Below are positions 1-13,149 of a stretch of 64,000 nt of DNA, one piece after another; the first letter of the stretch is position 1; every line of letters starts with the position of its first letter. The notes under the pieces are model-generated. The model did no database searches. It worked only from the letters and a program-made list of their open reading frames with translations, and was not told where the DNA came from. The DNA is from Carcharhinus amblyrhynchos (taxonomy: Eukaryota), in the NCBI GenBank assembly GCA_965287045.1, contig OZ336875.1, forward strand, positions 72,540,001-72,604,000, given 5' to 3'. Position numbers and translations under genes: made by a program.

Positions 1-285
1 TCCCCTCCTATCCCATCATTGTCAACCTCTTGTATAGTTGAAGAGTGGCTATATGTGAAACCATGTCTGAGGAAGCAGTCAGCTTCTTAAGGGAAATAAA
101 GTGGTAAAGGTGCACCATAAGTAAGACAAAGACATCACTAAAGAGCTCCCACCGGTACATCTCCGAAGCACGCAGGTCAGTTTTTCCACACATCACGTCA
201 CTTTCACTTCGCCAGCATCTGTTTATCCTATCCTTCCATTCGTCAAACATCTTCCCTTTGAGTGGGAAGTTCAGTCCCTTTGGTG

Positions 286-388
286 TCAGTCATGGCTCAG
301 TGGTACCACTCTCAGCTCTGATGTAGAGGATTGTACACTTTGGTCTGGAGGTCAGGAAAGGTGTTATATAAATGAAACTTCTTTCTTC
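286..388 (+). mobile_element. Internally deleted tRNA-head SINE (head joined to tail)
   Basis: Head gtcatggctcagtggtaccactctc joined directly to tail aaaggtgttatataaatgaaacttctttctt of the Deu-type SINE family seen elsewhere in the window. Confidence 0.5.
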
Positions 389-574
389 AGTCAATGACCT
401 GCTGCAAATTATCATTTGAAGGCCCCTGACTGTTTGTCAGATCCTTCATCAAGAACCATTTCCATTTGATGCTTCTCTGAACAGCTGGCTGAAGTTTGAA
501 ATCCATCATGTTAAGGAAATAATGCCATGACGTTGGGGGACATTGTTGCTGCTGATAGTTTCCTCCACCATATT

Positions 575-680
575 ATTTTGATTCTTTCATGAGATATGGG
601 TATTGCTGGCTACACCAGCATTCAGTGCCCATCACTAATTGCCCTCAGGAAGGTGGTAGTGAACCACCTTCTTGATTTGC
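575..680 (-). mobile_element. 3' tail fragment of the tRNA-headed LINE/SINE family
   Basis: Similar to 3485-3570 (ccagcatt..tgcccatc..aattgccct). Confidence 0.6.
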
Positions 681-1509
681 TGCTCAACATTGCTATGTCC
701 ACTGCTCACATAAGTGTTAAAATAATTCCAGTCCGATAATTACGTGTACAACATCAAAATTATTGTGACACCCAGCTGAGCACTGTTATTGTGCATCGTT
801 GCAAATAACAATCATAATACATACTATAGTAATGCTGCACAAATTATATGACTTAAATTGAACAGTGCTTAAAAGATATTTTATACAAACATCAGCAGTT
901 GCCTGACCTCCATTGTCACTGTTCTGATGGCACAATAGAAGCACTGCCCTTTTCAGATTTCTTGTTGACAATTATAAATAAATCAGAACAAAAGTATTCT
1001 GGTCATGACAACAACAGAGCTGTAAGCATTCCAGGGACTGGGGTGGAGCATCAGGGGCCCAGTATTATGGGCCTGCCGAGCAAAGTGAATGGAGAGGAGA
1101 GTTATGTGCTGCCCTTTCTGTGTATGTAGATGTGTCTTTGTCAAATACCACGCTACTAGGAATGAAATAAATATGTTCCACTTTTATCTTCATTCCATGT
1201 GCCATCCCTTAACATGTGTCTACAGGACAGACAGTCAACCAAATCATGTCCGTAGTGACATCTTATATGCATTCTCAAAGATCCATATTAAGAGTTCATT
1301 TGCAAGTGATCACAAACTGGCAGAGACTGGGGATTAATCCTGAAGCCTCTTTGTGTGTAAGCCTGACTATAACACTGCAATGCTGAATGTCTTCATCTGT
1401 CATTTGCTGCCTCTTGTATTTCAGGTTGGGTTGGTATGTTTTGGTCTATGAGGAAATAATTCAGAAAACACCACTATGTTGAAATTTTAAGAATCTAAAT
1501 CTAGATTTT

Positions 1510-1725
1510 AAAAGGTGGTGTCAGTAAAGGCTAGCATGAAGCTGTCGGATTGTCTTAAAAATTCAACTGGTTCCCCTTAAGAGGAAAACCTGCTGCCCTT
1601 TACACAGTCTGAGCTATACGTAACCTCAGTCTCGCACCAATATGGACAGCTCTTATCTGTCTTTTGAATGGCTGCACAAACTACTTAAGACTATCTGAAA
1701 TGGCAATAAAGATTTGCCCATCACC
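1510..1725 (+). mobile_element. Old SINE copy (body plus tail) of the tRNA-headed LINE family
   Basis: caactggttcccc..aggaaaacctgctgccct..ggcaataaa resembles 34720-34890. Confidence 0.5.
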
Positions 1726-1890
1726 ATCTTATTGATGAGGTAAGATGACTTAAAAGCAGTCCCCACTAAAGAAACCTAAGCTATTTATAGCATTATCTGT
1801 CGAATTTATGCTGTATCTCAGATGTCAAAAGGAAAGTTCATTAATGTCTTCTTTGTCTCATAGCCAGACCCTGAAAATCATGGTGTTTTT

Positions 1891-1936
1891 TGTGTGAGTA
1901 TGTGTGTGTGTGTGGCCACTAGGTGGCGTGTGTGTG
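1891..1936. repeat. Interrupted (GT)n microsatellite
   Basis: Directly visible. Confidence 0.8.
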
Positions 1937-2067
1937 ATTCAAATGGGGTTGTGAGCACGTATTGTGTACCAATGTCACTTCTCCGGGGCAGGCTCTGTTA
2001 GAGTACTCCAGTGCTGTAGCTGTGTAATTATAATTTGCTTGTTGATTCTAAATAATGTTAGAATAGC

Positions 2068-2440
2068 AAGGACTTGCATTTCCATTGTGCCTTTCAGGGC
2101 CTTAGACATCCCAAAGCACTTTACAACCCATGAATTACTTCTGATGTGTAGTCATGATTGTAGTATAGGAGATGCTGCAGCTGAATTTCACACAGCAAAT
2201 TGCTAAAGCAACAAAAAAATTAATCTGCTTTTCAGTAATGTGGCTGAGGGATAAAAATTCACAGGGATACAGTCGTAAGTTCCCTTGCCTCTCTGAATAG
2301 TGTCACAGGATTTTTTACATTCACTTGAGAGAGCACATGGGCTTCGTCTTGTCTGATGGGCAGCATGTCTGACAGTGTGGTGCTCAGTATTGATGTGAAG
2401 TGTTAACTGACAATAGGTACTCAAGCTTCTGGAGTGGGTC
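2068..2440 (-). mobile_element. Deu-domain SINE (SacSINE1/AmnSINE1-like)
   Basis: Reverse of tail tgtaaagtgctttgggatgtc..aaaggcacaatggaaatgcaagtc plus central Deu-like motifs. Confidence 0.6.
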
Positions 2441-2895
2441 TTCAATATATCAAAATGGATTTAGTCGGCCTGATGGGGTCTCCAGTGGGGAACTCCCATC
2501 AATTCCATGGAGGAGGCGTGACAGTGTTCAAGTACTTATTTGTCCCCATCAGGCCTTCCCCAAGATTCAGGACCACGTCAAGGTAAAGTCCCACTGCCCA
2601 AGAACCTAATCGCTCGATATCTAGAACAGTGGCAGCTGCTGACAATGCACTCACCAGAGGCCCAGGTCAAAGGTGAGTGAGGGCAAGATGTGAATTGCAG
2701 ATTGGAGGTCATAGAAGAGGTTGGGTAGGGGTGGTGGAGGATATGGCAGGGGATGAGCTTTCAACTGCATCCACCCCCCACTTGCAAATGCCAGGTCCCT
2801 TAAACAGACATGAGTGCCTGATGACAAGGACCCCTGGAAGGCCTTTGACAAATCTGACAGCATTTGATGTCTGGCCTTCAGGAAGCAAGAGAAAG

Positions 2896-2952
2896 CCCAT
2901 TTAATCCCTGAGCCATCACCCAACCCCATTTAATCCCTGAGCCATCACCCAA
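2896..2952. repeat. Tandem duplication of about 29 bp
   Basis: cccatttaatccctgagccatcacccaa occurs twice, adjacent. Confidence 0.9.
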
Positions 2953-3199
2953 TTGCTTTGATCTCATGAATAATGGGTGTCAATTGGTTCATTTATCATC
3001 CTGCCTTTGGCAGCTGATAATCCCACATCAGCCCAATCTGGATTCTGACTTAATCAGGGGAAGTTTTATCACCTCTGGAAACTGACATGAGTCCTTTCTC
3101 ACCACCATGTGCACCACAATGGGCTGCATCTAATCCAGCCTATTACTTTTGCAAGAGTGGCGCCCATGAGCTAAGGCTAATGATTGTTACAGTTCTTCT

Positions 3200-3476
3200 A
3201 TATTGCTATATGTGCCATGTGTCCATATGGAAATGGATAAGGGAAGTCCAGAAATCAAGTGTCTGGATTGGGGGAAGGCCAATTTCAAGATCATTAGACA
3301 GGAGCTGGTAAACATAGATTGGGAGCAGATACTTGCAGATAAATGTAGATCGAAAAGTGAGAGTCATTTAAAAGTGAAACTCTAAGAGTTAGGGGCAAGG
3401 GTGGCAACTCCAGTGAATCCTGGATGTCAAAGGATATCGAAGGTATGATAAAGACAAAAAAGGAAGCATATGATAG
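3200..3476 (+). mobile_element. CR1 ORF2 fragment, interrupted; continues at 7576-7812
   Basis: LDWGKANFKIIRQELVNIDWEQ is a CR1 endonuclease-RT linker; CR1-like sequence resumes after 7575 and ends in a CR1 tail. Confidence 0.65.
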
Positions 3477-6400
3477 TTTTTTTAATTCATTCACGGGACA
3501 TGGGTGTCGCTGACTGGCCAGCATTTATTGCCCATCTCAAGTTGCCCTTGAGAAGTGGGTGTTGAGCTGCCTTTTTGAAACACTGAAGTTCACATCACCT
3601 ACAATGTCATTAGGGAGGGAATTCCAGGATTTTGACTCAGCAACTGCAAAGGAACAGCGACAGCGACATATTTCCAAGTCAGGGAGGCGAGTGGTGGTGT
3701 TCCCATGTATCTGTTGCCCTTGTCCTTCTAGGTGGAAGTGGTTGAGAGTTTGGAAGATGCTATCTAATGATCTTTGTGAATTTCTGCAGTGCATCTTGTA
3801 GATAGCATACACTACTACTGAGCACCAGTGGTGAAGATAGTGGATGTTTATGAATATGGTGCCAATTAAGTGGGCTGCATTGTCTTCGATCGTATCAAGC
3901 TTCTTGTGTTGTTGAACCTGCACCCATCCAGGCAAGTGGGGAATATTCCATCACACTCCTGACTTGTGCCTTGTAGATGGCGGATGGCTTTGGGGAGTCA
4001 GGAGGTGAGTTACTCCCCGCAGCATTCCTAGCCTCTGACCTACTCTTGTAGCCACTGTGTTTATGTGGCAAGTCCAGTTGAGTTTCTGATGAATGGTAAC
4101 TCCAAAGATATTGACAGTGGGGGATTCAGTAATGATAATACCATTGAATGTCAAGAGGCGGTGGTTAGAGTGTCTTTTATTGGTGATGGTCATTGCCTGG
4201 CATTTGTGTGGCACAAATGTTACTTGCTGCTCGTCAGCCTATGCCTGGATATTGTCCAGATATTGTTGCATTTGAACACAGATGCTTCAGTATCTGAGGC
4301 ATTGCGAACGATGCAGAACATTGTGCAATCACCGGCAAATATCCCCACTTCTAACTTTATGATGGAGGCAAGGTAATTAATGAAGCAACTGAAGATGGTT
4401 GGGCCTAGGACACTACCCTGAGGGACTCTTGCAGAGATGTCTTGGAGCTGTGATGACTGATTCCCCACAACCACAACCATCTTCCTATGTGCCAAGTATG
4501 AGTCCAACCAGCAGAGAGTTTGCCTCTGATATCCATTAATTCCAGTTTTGCTAGGGTTCCGTGATACCACATTTGGTCAAATGCGGCCTTGATGTCAAGA
4601 GCTAGCGCTCTTGCCTCACCTCTAAAATTCAGCTCTTTCATTCATGTTTGAGCCAAGACTGTAATAAGGTCAAGAGCTGAGTAACACTGGCGAAACCCAA
4701 ACTGAGTAACACTGAGCAGGTGCAGTTGATAGCACTGTTGATGATCCCTTCCATCACTTTACTGATGATTGAGAGTAGACTGGTGGGGTGGTAATTGGCC
4801 AGGTTGGATTTGCCCTGCTTTTTGTCAATACTTGGACAAATTTCCTCATTGTTGGGTAGATGCTTGTGTTTATAACTGTACTGAAAGAGCTTGCCTAGGA
4901 CAGTGGAAAATTCTGGCGCAAAGTCTTCAGTATTATTGCCAGACTGTGCTCAGGGCCCACTGCCTTCACAGTATCCAGTGTCTTCAACCATTTCTTGATA
5001 TCACGTGGAGTGAATTGAATTGGCTGCACACTGGCAGCTGAGATGCTGGGTACCTCTGGAAGAGGTCAAGATAGATCACCCACTCAGGACTTCTGGCTGA
5101 TGATTGCTACAAATCTTTTGCACTGATGTGCTGGGGATATTTGTGGAGCCTCCTCTTTCAGTGAGTTGTTTAAAATTTGCTGATGACATGAAGATGAGTG
5201 GAAAAGCGAATTGCGTGGAAGGCGCAGAAAGTCTGCAAAGAGATCTGGATAGGCTGAGTGAGTGGGCGAGGGCCTGGCACATGGAGTATAACGTTAGCAA
5301 ACGTGAGGTTATCCACTTTGGTAGAAATAATAGTAGGAGGGATTATTATTTAAAGGGTGAAAAGCTGCAGCATGCTACAGTGCAGAGGAACCTGGGGACC
5401 TTGTGCACGAATTGCAAAAACTCAGTCTGCAGGTGCAGCAGATGATCAAGAAGGCGAATGGAATGTTGGCCTTTATAGCGAGGGGGATAGAATATAAAAG
5501 CAGGGAGGTCTTGCCGCAACTGTACAAGGCACTGGTGAGGCTGCAACTGGAGTACTGTGTGCAGTTTTGGTCCCCGTATTTGCGAAAGAATATATTGGCC
5601 TTGGAGGGAGTACAGAGAAGGTTCACCAGGCTGATAACAGAGATGAGGGAGCTTATGAAGAGAGATTGAATAGACTGGGTCTGTACTCATTAAGAGTTTA
5701 GAAGGCTGAGGGGGGATCTTATAGAGACTTACAAGATAATGAAGGGGCTAGATAGGGTAAAGGTAGAGAGAATCTTCCCGCTTAGAAAGCAGAACTAGAG
5801 GGCACAGCCTCAAAATAAGGTTGGGGGGAGGGGGAGCAGTTTAGAACAGAGTTGAGAAGGAACTTCTTCACTCAAAGGGTGGTGAATCTCTGGAATTCTC
5901 TGCCCATTGAAGTGGTGGAGGCTACCTCATTGAATATATTTAAGTCACGGGTAGATAGATTTCTGATAGACTAGGGAATTAAGGGTTATGGGGAGAAAGG
6001 GGGAAAGTGGAACTGATTCACTTCAGATCAGCCATGATCTTACTGAATGGCAGGGCAGGCTCAAAGGGCTAGATGGCCTACTCCTACTCCTATTTCTTAC
6101 GTTATGTTCACCACCATTTATATGACTGGATGTGGCAGGACTACAGAGCTTGGATCTGATCCTTTGGTTGTGGATCGCTTAGCTATGTCTATCATAATGA
6201 TGCTGTTTGGCATGTAAGTAGTCCTGTTTCATAGCTTCACCAGGTTGACACCTCATTTTTAGGTATGTCTGGTGTTACTCCTGGCATGCCTCCTGCATCT
6301 TCCATTGGACCAGGGTTGATACTCTGACTTGATGGTAATGATTGAGTGGGAAAATGCTGGGTCATAAGGTTATAGATTGTGCTGGAGTGCAGTTCTGATG

Positions 6401-7575
6401 TTGTTGTTGACCCAGAGTCTCAGATGCCCAGTCTTGAGTTGCTAGATCAGTTCAAAGTCTGTCCCTTTTAGCTTGATGATAATGCCTTACAACACGATAG
6501 ATGTTATTCTCAATGTGAAGGCCGGACTTCTTCTCCATAAGAACTGTGCGGTGGTCACTCTTACTGATACTGTCATGGACAGCTGCATCTGCAGTCAGCA
6601 GCTTGGTAAGGATGAGGTCAAGTATGTTATTTCCTCTTGTTGGTTCCTTTACCAGCTGCCACAGACCCAGTCTAGCAGTTATATCCTTTAGGACCTGAAC
6701 TTGTTCAATAAGGCTGCTGCTGAGCCACTCTTGGTGGTGGACAATGGAAATCCCCTACCCTTGCCAATCTTAGTGCTTCCTCAGTGTTGTTCAACATGGA
6801 GGAGTCCTGATTCATCAACTGAAGCAGGACAATACGTGGTAACCAGTAAGAGGTTTCCTTGTTCATGTTTAACCTGAAGCCATAAGGGTACATGAGGTTC
6901 AGAGTCAATGTTGAGGACTCCGAGGGAAACTCCCTCCCGACTGTACACCACTGTGCCGCCACCTCTGCTGTGTCTGTCCTGATGGTGGGACAGGACATAT
7001 CCAGAGATGGTAATGGTGGTGTCTAGGGTGTTATCTGTAAAATATGAAACCTTGAGAATGACTATGTCAACCTGTTGCTTGACTAGTCTGTGAGACAGCT
7101 CTCCCAATTTTGGCACTACCCCCAGATGTTAGCAAGAGGATTTTGCAGGGTCGGTGGGGCTGTTCGCTTTGCCATTGTCTTTTCCAATGTCTACGTTGAT
7201 GCCAGGTAGTCCATCCAGTTTCATTCCTTTTTATTGGCTTTGTAGCAATTGATAAAATGGAATGGCTTGCTAAGCCATTTCAGAGGACAACTGAGAATCA
7301 ACCACATTGCTGTGGCACTGGAGTCACATATAGGCCAGACCGGGTAAGGAAGGCAGATTTCCTTCCCTTAAAGACATTAATAAACCATATGGGTTTTTCC
7401 AACAATTGACAATGGTGTCATGGTCATGAGTGGACGCTCATGACCAGGTACTTTTTTTTACTGGATTCAAAGTCCACCATCTGCCATGTTGGGATTCAAA
7501 CCCAGGTCCATAGAACATTATCTGGGTTTCTGGATTAATAGTCTAACGATAATACCATTCAGCCATTGCTTCCCC
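3477..7575 (-). mobile_element. Full-length decayed single-ORF CR1-group LINE (APE+RT) with a tRNA-derived 5' head
   Basis: APE N-terminus PKLGELSHRLVKQQVDIVIL..QDRHSRGGG (6781-7116); RT motifs ALDIKAAFD, VPQGSVLGPTIFSCFIN, FAGDC; 3' tail gggcaataaatgctggcc..cccgtgaatgaat; 5' end carries A-box-like and B-box-like (gggtttgaatccc) motifs. Confidence 0.85.
5174..6108 (+). mobile_element. 5'-truncated CR1 nested in the 3477-7575 LINE
   Basis: KFADDMK..LQRDLDRLSEWA..LVRLQLEYCVQFWSP; tail cctactcctatttcttacgttatgtt; host element resumes at caccaccatt. Confidence 0.9.
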
Positions 7576-8089
7576 ATATGGAGGTAAAGAACACTGAAAA
7601 CAGGGGAGACCCTTCATGACTACAGAGAATGTACAGGTGTACTTAAAAAAAATAAATTAAGAGGGCAAAGAGGGATCACTGTCACAACATTTAAGAAATA
7701 CTTAAATTGCCAAGGCATAGCAGGCTGTGGATCAAGCGCTGGTAAACGGGATTAGTATAAATTGGTATTTGATGGATGGGCCAGGGGGACTGTTTCTGCA
7801 CAATTCTGTGACCCTTAATGCTACCAAAACTGCAGCATAATTTAAAGATGGTAGATTATGCAATTCAAATTTCATCCAGAGTGTTTGAATGCATAGCCAC
7901 TGGCAACTCTAATGCAGAAATCCTTACAACCCCAACCAGCTCAAATAGTGTTGGTCAGAACACAAACACTGAGGAAGCAGCACCATGAATGCCTTTAGCG
8001 GATGAAAGTTCTGTGATGATTAAAAGATATGCAGGTTTTCCATTTGCTGGTGACAGAGGAGATGATAACAAGAAATTCAAGGAAGTTAC

Positions 8090-9325
8090 AACATGGAAAC
8101 AGGCTACTCCTCTATCCAATCTGATCCAGTACAACTACAACATTGGCACCTGCCCTACAAAATGGAAAATTTCTCAAGTATATCAGTCCATAAAAGGCAG
8201 GACAAATCTGATTCAGCCAATTACCACCCTGTCAGTCTCCTCTGGATCATCACCAAAGTGATGGAAGATACTGTCAAGCAACTTATCAATAACCTGCTCA
8301 CCAATGCTTGGCTCCTGATTTTATTACAGCCTTGGTCCAAACACGGTCTAAAGAGCTGAACTCAAGAGGTAAGGTGAGAGTGGCTGCCCTTTACATAAAG
8401 AAACTACTTGACTGTCACACCAAGCAGCCCAGTAAAATTGACATCAACAGGAAATCAAGGGGTAAACTCTCCACTGGCTGAGCCATACTGAGAACAAAGG
8501 AAGATGCATATGGTTATTGAAGTCAAAGCATCTCCATACCAGGATATCACTGCAGGGGTTCCTCAGGGCAATGTCTTAGGCCCAACCATTTATAGCTGCT
8601 TCATCAATGACTTACCTCCCTTCCATCCTAATGTCAGAAGTGGAGATGTTTTTGCTGGTGACTGCAACTTCAGTTTCATTTTCAACTCCTCAGATAATGT
8701 AGCAGCCTCTATCTGCAAGCAGCAAGACCTGGATAATGTTCAGGCTTGGGCTGCTAAGTGACAAGTAGCAATACTGATGTCACACAAGTGGTAGACAAAG
8801 ATCATCTACAACAAGAGACAATCCAACCATCGCCCCTTGATATTCAATGGCATTACCATTTCTGAATCCCCTACCATCAACATCCTGGGAGTTACCACTG
8901 ACTGCAAAATTAACTGGACTAGTCCCATAAAATGCTGTGGTTACAAAAGCAGGTCAGAGGCTAGTAATTTTCCAGTAACTCATCTTCTGACTCCCAAAGC
9001 CTGTCCATCATCTACGAGCTACATGTGATTAAAAATCTGTGTTTGCCTGGATGAATGCAGCGCCAGCAACACTCAAGGTGGTCAACACCTTCCAGCCTAA
9101 GATAGTCTGCTTGATTGACACCCCTTCTACCACCTTAAATATTCACTCCCTCGACTACTAGAACTGAATAGCAGTTGTGTGTACCATACGCAAGATGTAT
9201 TGCATAAAGCTATCAAGGTTTCTTGACAGCAGCTTCCTAACACAAGAACTCCACCAGTTAGAATAACTAGAACAGCAGGTGCATGGAAATACCACCACCT
9301 CCAACTTCCCCTTCAAGTTATATAC
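8090..9325 (+). mobile_element. Degenerate RT fragment of the same LINE family as 3477-7575
   Basis: NYHPVSLL, GVPQGNVLGPTIYSCFINDLP, QQDLDNVQAWA, ESPTINILGVT. Confidence 0.85.
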
Positions 9326-10279
9326 GTTCTAAATCTTGCACATTTAATCCTTTATTTACAATGCCTTGCTCTTGAACCCCCAAGGTAACTCAGCAAGTAC
9401 AGGCAACCAGTGCTGTGTTGATATTTCTGCACAAGTAAACACTGGGATGATTTAAACACCCTGGGTATCAAATGTCCTCAGTGATTCCAGTGATCACATT
9501 TCACGTGGCATAAAAACTATACAATGAAGATGTTTCTGCCAGTTTTGTTTCCCCTCGCCCTATAGGCACTAAATCTCAGGCTCTTTGTCTCAGAACCTGT
9601 TCGCACAGAGTAAGTCAAAAATCCATCACCTATCAGAATGATACAGACCACAATTAGTGTGCGTAAAGTCAGACAATTAATTGTTTTCTTCATTTTCTAG
9701 ATCCTTGTTTCCCAAAGCCAATGCATCTCATGGGCTTAGTAAATTGAGGACAGTGATTTCAAATCACAGATCTGAGTTACTCCCAGGCTGAATTCATGAT
9801 GACCTCCAATACACTCCCTTCTCCACGACCCCCTTCCAGTGACAGTGTGGGTAAATCTGGGCTGGAATTTCATGCTGGACTGAATTATTTATTAGTCCAC
9901 TGGATAGGATCCCGGAGTTCCAAAAAGGCAAAGAACAAAATAAACTGGATAGAGGACTGACTTTGCTGTACAAAGCATTTTGTATATCAGTCAAACTTGC
10001 AGGGGCGACAAGAATAAATGAAGAGTGGTCATCAACAGTATACTGTTTTCATGTAGGCACAAAACAATTTAAGAGAAAGTTTGTGTTCAAACTAGGCTGC
10101 TTTTCATTGAGGAAAATATCAAATTTTCTGTTATCTTTCTTCTCAAATGGATTCATCTCTCAGCATTCCCTTGTGCTCTTCAAAAGTAGTTTCCACTAGG
10201 AGCAGCATTTCTCTAAAGTAGAATATCCCTGATTTTAAATTGTCAAATCTCTAAGCTATGGCACTCCTTCCTAAACATT

Positions 10280-10432
10280 TCCACTTCTCTTTCCTCCTTT
10301 CAGATACTCCTTAAAACTGAACTCTTTGTCCAAATTCTTGGACCTGACCCATGTGTATCAGTGTCAAGTTTTGTTTGACAATGTTCCTTTGGCGCAGTTA
10401 TTATGTTAAAAACACAATATAAATGCAAGGTG
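10280..10432 (+). mobile_element. L2-like 3' tail
   Basis: ctccttaaaac..ctctttg..aaaaacacaatataaatgcaag. Confidence 0.45.
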
Positions 10433-10694
10433 CTGTGTAGCACAGCATTTCTGCTACATGTTAAATGATATTTTAACCAAATAGACAAATAATTGTCAGA
10501 TTCTTGCAATCCTTTTTCATAGTATATCTGTGATCTTCTTAAGAATCATATACCTTTCTACTCCATTTATTTCTCACCATCCTGATTTTGTTAAATGGTT
10601 GGTCTGGCTGAAGTCCAGAACCAAATAACTGCAAGATATTGCATTTTGGTAAGACAAACCAGTGCAGGACTTACACTGTAATTGATACAAATAT

Positions 10695-11190
10695 TTCACT
10701 AGGGGCCTCGCAATTTTTTCCCTAGCTTCCCACAATGGCCTGGGATACAATTAATCAGGGCCTGGTGATTTCTCTGTCTTTATGCATTCCAAAACCTCCA
10801 GCATGTGCTTTTCTGTAACGTGGATGCTTTTCAAGCCTATTTACTTCCTCGAGTTCCCTAGCTGCCATGCCTTTCTCCACAATAAATACTGACAAGAAAC
10901 ATTCATTTGGGATCTCATCCATCTCCTGTAATCCCACACATAGGCAACATCATTGATCTGTAAGGAGCCCTATTCTCTCCTTAATTACTCTTTTGCCCTT
11001 AACATACTTGTAGAATGTCTTTGGATTCTCCTTTACCTTATCTGCCAAAGCTATCTCATGTCCCCTTTCCACCTTCCTGATTTCCCCTTTAAGTGTGTGC
11101 ATACACCCCCTAAACTACTCAAGGGATTTACTTGACCCCAACTGCCTACACTTGACATATGCTTTCTTCTTTTTATTGACCAGAGCATCT
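10695..11190 (-). mobile_element. CR1 ORF2 fragment
   Basis: EMDEIPNECFLSVFIVEK, followed by a frameshifted DKSPGPD-like segment. Confidence 0.75.
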
Positions 11191-11309
11191 TCTTTATCTC
11201 ACCCCATTACTATATCCTGCTATTCCATTCTCCCTCATTTACTTATCTGCTTTCTTGCTAAATGCATCATTACTATTCACCTCAAATACTCCTTGTAGTA
11301 CGAGTTCTA

Positions 11310-11572
11310 CAAAAGGGTTTCCCATTTAAGATGGAGATGAGGAAGAATTTATTGTCTCAGAGATTTGTTATTCTTTGTCATTTTCTACCCTGGGCTATTG
11401 AAAATATTCAAGACTGAGTTAGACAGATCTTTGATTTCCAAGGAAGTCAAGGGTTACAGGACAGGCAGGAAAATGGAGTTGGGGTGATGATCATACCAGC
11501 CATGGTCTTATTGAATGGTGAAGCAGCTTCATGGCCGAATGGCCTACTTGTTTTTCTATTTCTCATGTTCTT
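11310..11572 (+). mobile_element. CR1 3' end
   Basis: gagatgaggaagaattt..aagggttac..ggccgaatggcctact..tatttctcatgttct. Confidence 0.7.
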
Positions 11573-11679
11573 ATTCGAACCAGTCTCTGGTTAGAGAAGT
11601 TATCCCCAGTTAGAGTCCCCTCTTTTGTCTGGGAAGTTAGTGCAATTATAAAAGTTTTAGACCGTAATGATCTACTTAC

Positions 11680-11732
11680 CCACAAACTCGGCCGTACTTC
11701 TGGACCAACTCCTGCAGTGCCTCAAAAAAACC
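11680..11732 (-). CDS. TBXAS1: Thromboxane A synthase (CYP5A1)-like, next coding exon (probably coding exon 3)
   Basis: Minus strand: acceptor ctttgtttctcaccAG, 53-nt exon, donor GTaagt. Translates GFFEALQELVQKYGRVCG, in phase 0 after the 53116-53209 exon; recalled human sequence is GFWESQMELRKLYGPLCG. Confidence 0.88.
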
Positions 11733-11829
11733 CTGGTGAGAAACAAAGATAATTTAAGTATGTAAATTAGCATTGAAAACAAACCTAATGACCTAATACC
11801 ACTAATCCAGTTAGTAAAATGTAATGGAA

Positions 11830-12080
11830 TCCTACAGAGCAGAAAGTCCAGATTCTAACATGAGACTATGATGAGTTAGCTGAGCTGAACAGGAGGTTTA
11901 ATGGTGAATAGCATCATTGCCGTATACCAGTGAGCAGAGTTCCATCTCAACATTAGAATTCGCTGACCTCCTAACGTGCAGATAGACAGAGTGACCAGTG
12001 TGTGCATGTGAGTGTTGGATGAGGAAAGGATTTAGGTCAGTTTTGATGCCCTCCTTGCCCTGATACTCGTCAGGCAATCG
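11830..12080 (+). mobile_element. Ancient tRNA-derived SINE, unassigned (relatives near 40060-40270, 44400-44670, 60780-61000)
   Basis: Shared motifs gagttagctga and ggatgaggaaaggattt..gatgccc recur across the window. Confidence 0.4.
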
Positions 12081-12576
12081 CTGGTGGAATCTTCCCATCA
12101 TTTGTTAGAGTATCAGTCTCCCCAGCGGCACAACCAAGTTTTCACCAGATTCTCTCACAATCTGTGCAAAGAGAATGTGGGGAGGTGGTTTGTGCCACTC
12201 TGGCAGGGTGGGGCCTGATAGAGCTGACAAGGCCAGCCACAGGAGTGCCCCGATCAATGTTTGGAATTGGGTGGGGGGGGTTTGGAAGAAATGTTCCTAC
12301 TTGGGGGGAAACATATGGCAAGGAAGCCCATTAAATACATTTAAATGTATTGAAATTAGGTTCCCTTTTGGGCAGGAACCTCAGCGTCACCAGCAAGGGG
12401 CAGGGAAAATCCAAGAATGAGACCTTACCGGTGAGGTACTCGTTCTCGTGGTCTCACTGGATTTGCTGCTAGCACTGCCATTTTCACCCGTGATGAGCGC
12501 CAGCTGAATATCCCCCCACTGTTTGGTCTCACTCAGGAAGAGCTGCTATGAAATGAGGTACTAACGTTGCAGAGAT

Positions 12577-12891
12577 GGGGCGGCAAAATGGCACAGTGAT
12601 TAGCACTGCTGCCTCACAGCACCAGGGATCCAGGTTCAATTCCAGCTTCAGGTCACTGCCTGTGTGGAGTTTGCACGTTCTCCCTGTGTCTGCATGGGGG
12701 TTTCCTCCGGTTCTTTCATCCAAGGATGTGTGGTTAGGTGGATTGACCATGGTAAATTGCCCCTTCATGTCAGGGGGATTAACACAGTAAATTAACAGGG
12801 TTACAGGGATAGGCTCTGGATAGGATAGTTATCAGTACAGGATCAATGGGCCAAATGGCCTCCTGACTGTAGGGTTTCTATGATTCTATGA
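12577..12891 (+). mobile_element. HE1-type V-SINE
   Basis: tRNA head (tggcacagtgattagc; ggttcaattcc), V-domain (gtgtggagtttgcacgttctccctgtgtctgc), CR1-type tail ending (ttctatga)n. Confidence 0.9.
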
Positions 12892-13149
12892 GTCCTATGT
12901 GAATCCTCCTTAGTTAATGAATTCTGGAGAGAAAGATTTCCCAAAAGGTCACAAACAGCATGACCTCAGAATTACCCACTTAGGTGGCTTGTCACACAAA
13001 TTCTTTTTGCTTGTATTTTTCTTGGTGAAAAGGAAATTAAACCACAGTGGTATATGGACTGGAATAAGCCCCACAGATTAATTTCCACCCTATTATAAAT
13101 ATATCTTCATCTAACTGGTTCCCACCTATATTCTGTTGGGAGGAGTGGA

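Noticed and set aside
7230-7480. Calling the tRNA-headed LINE body a Deu-domain
   Set aside because: The Deu-like motifs are in a different SINE family in this window; this body remains unassigned.
7490-7575. Genuine tRNA genes at SINE/LINE heads
   Set aside because: No proper acceptor stem or terminator; embedded in repeats.
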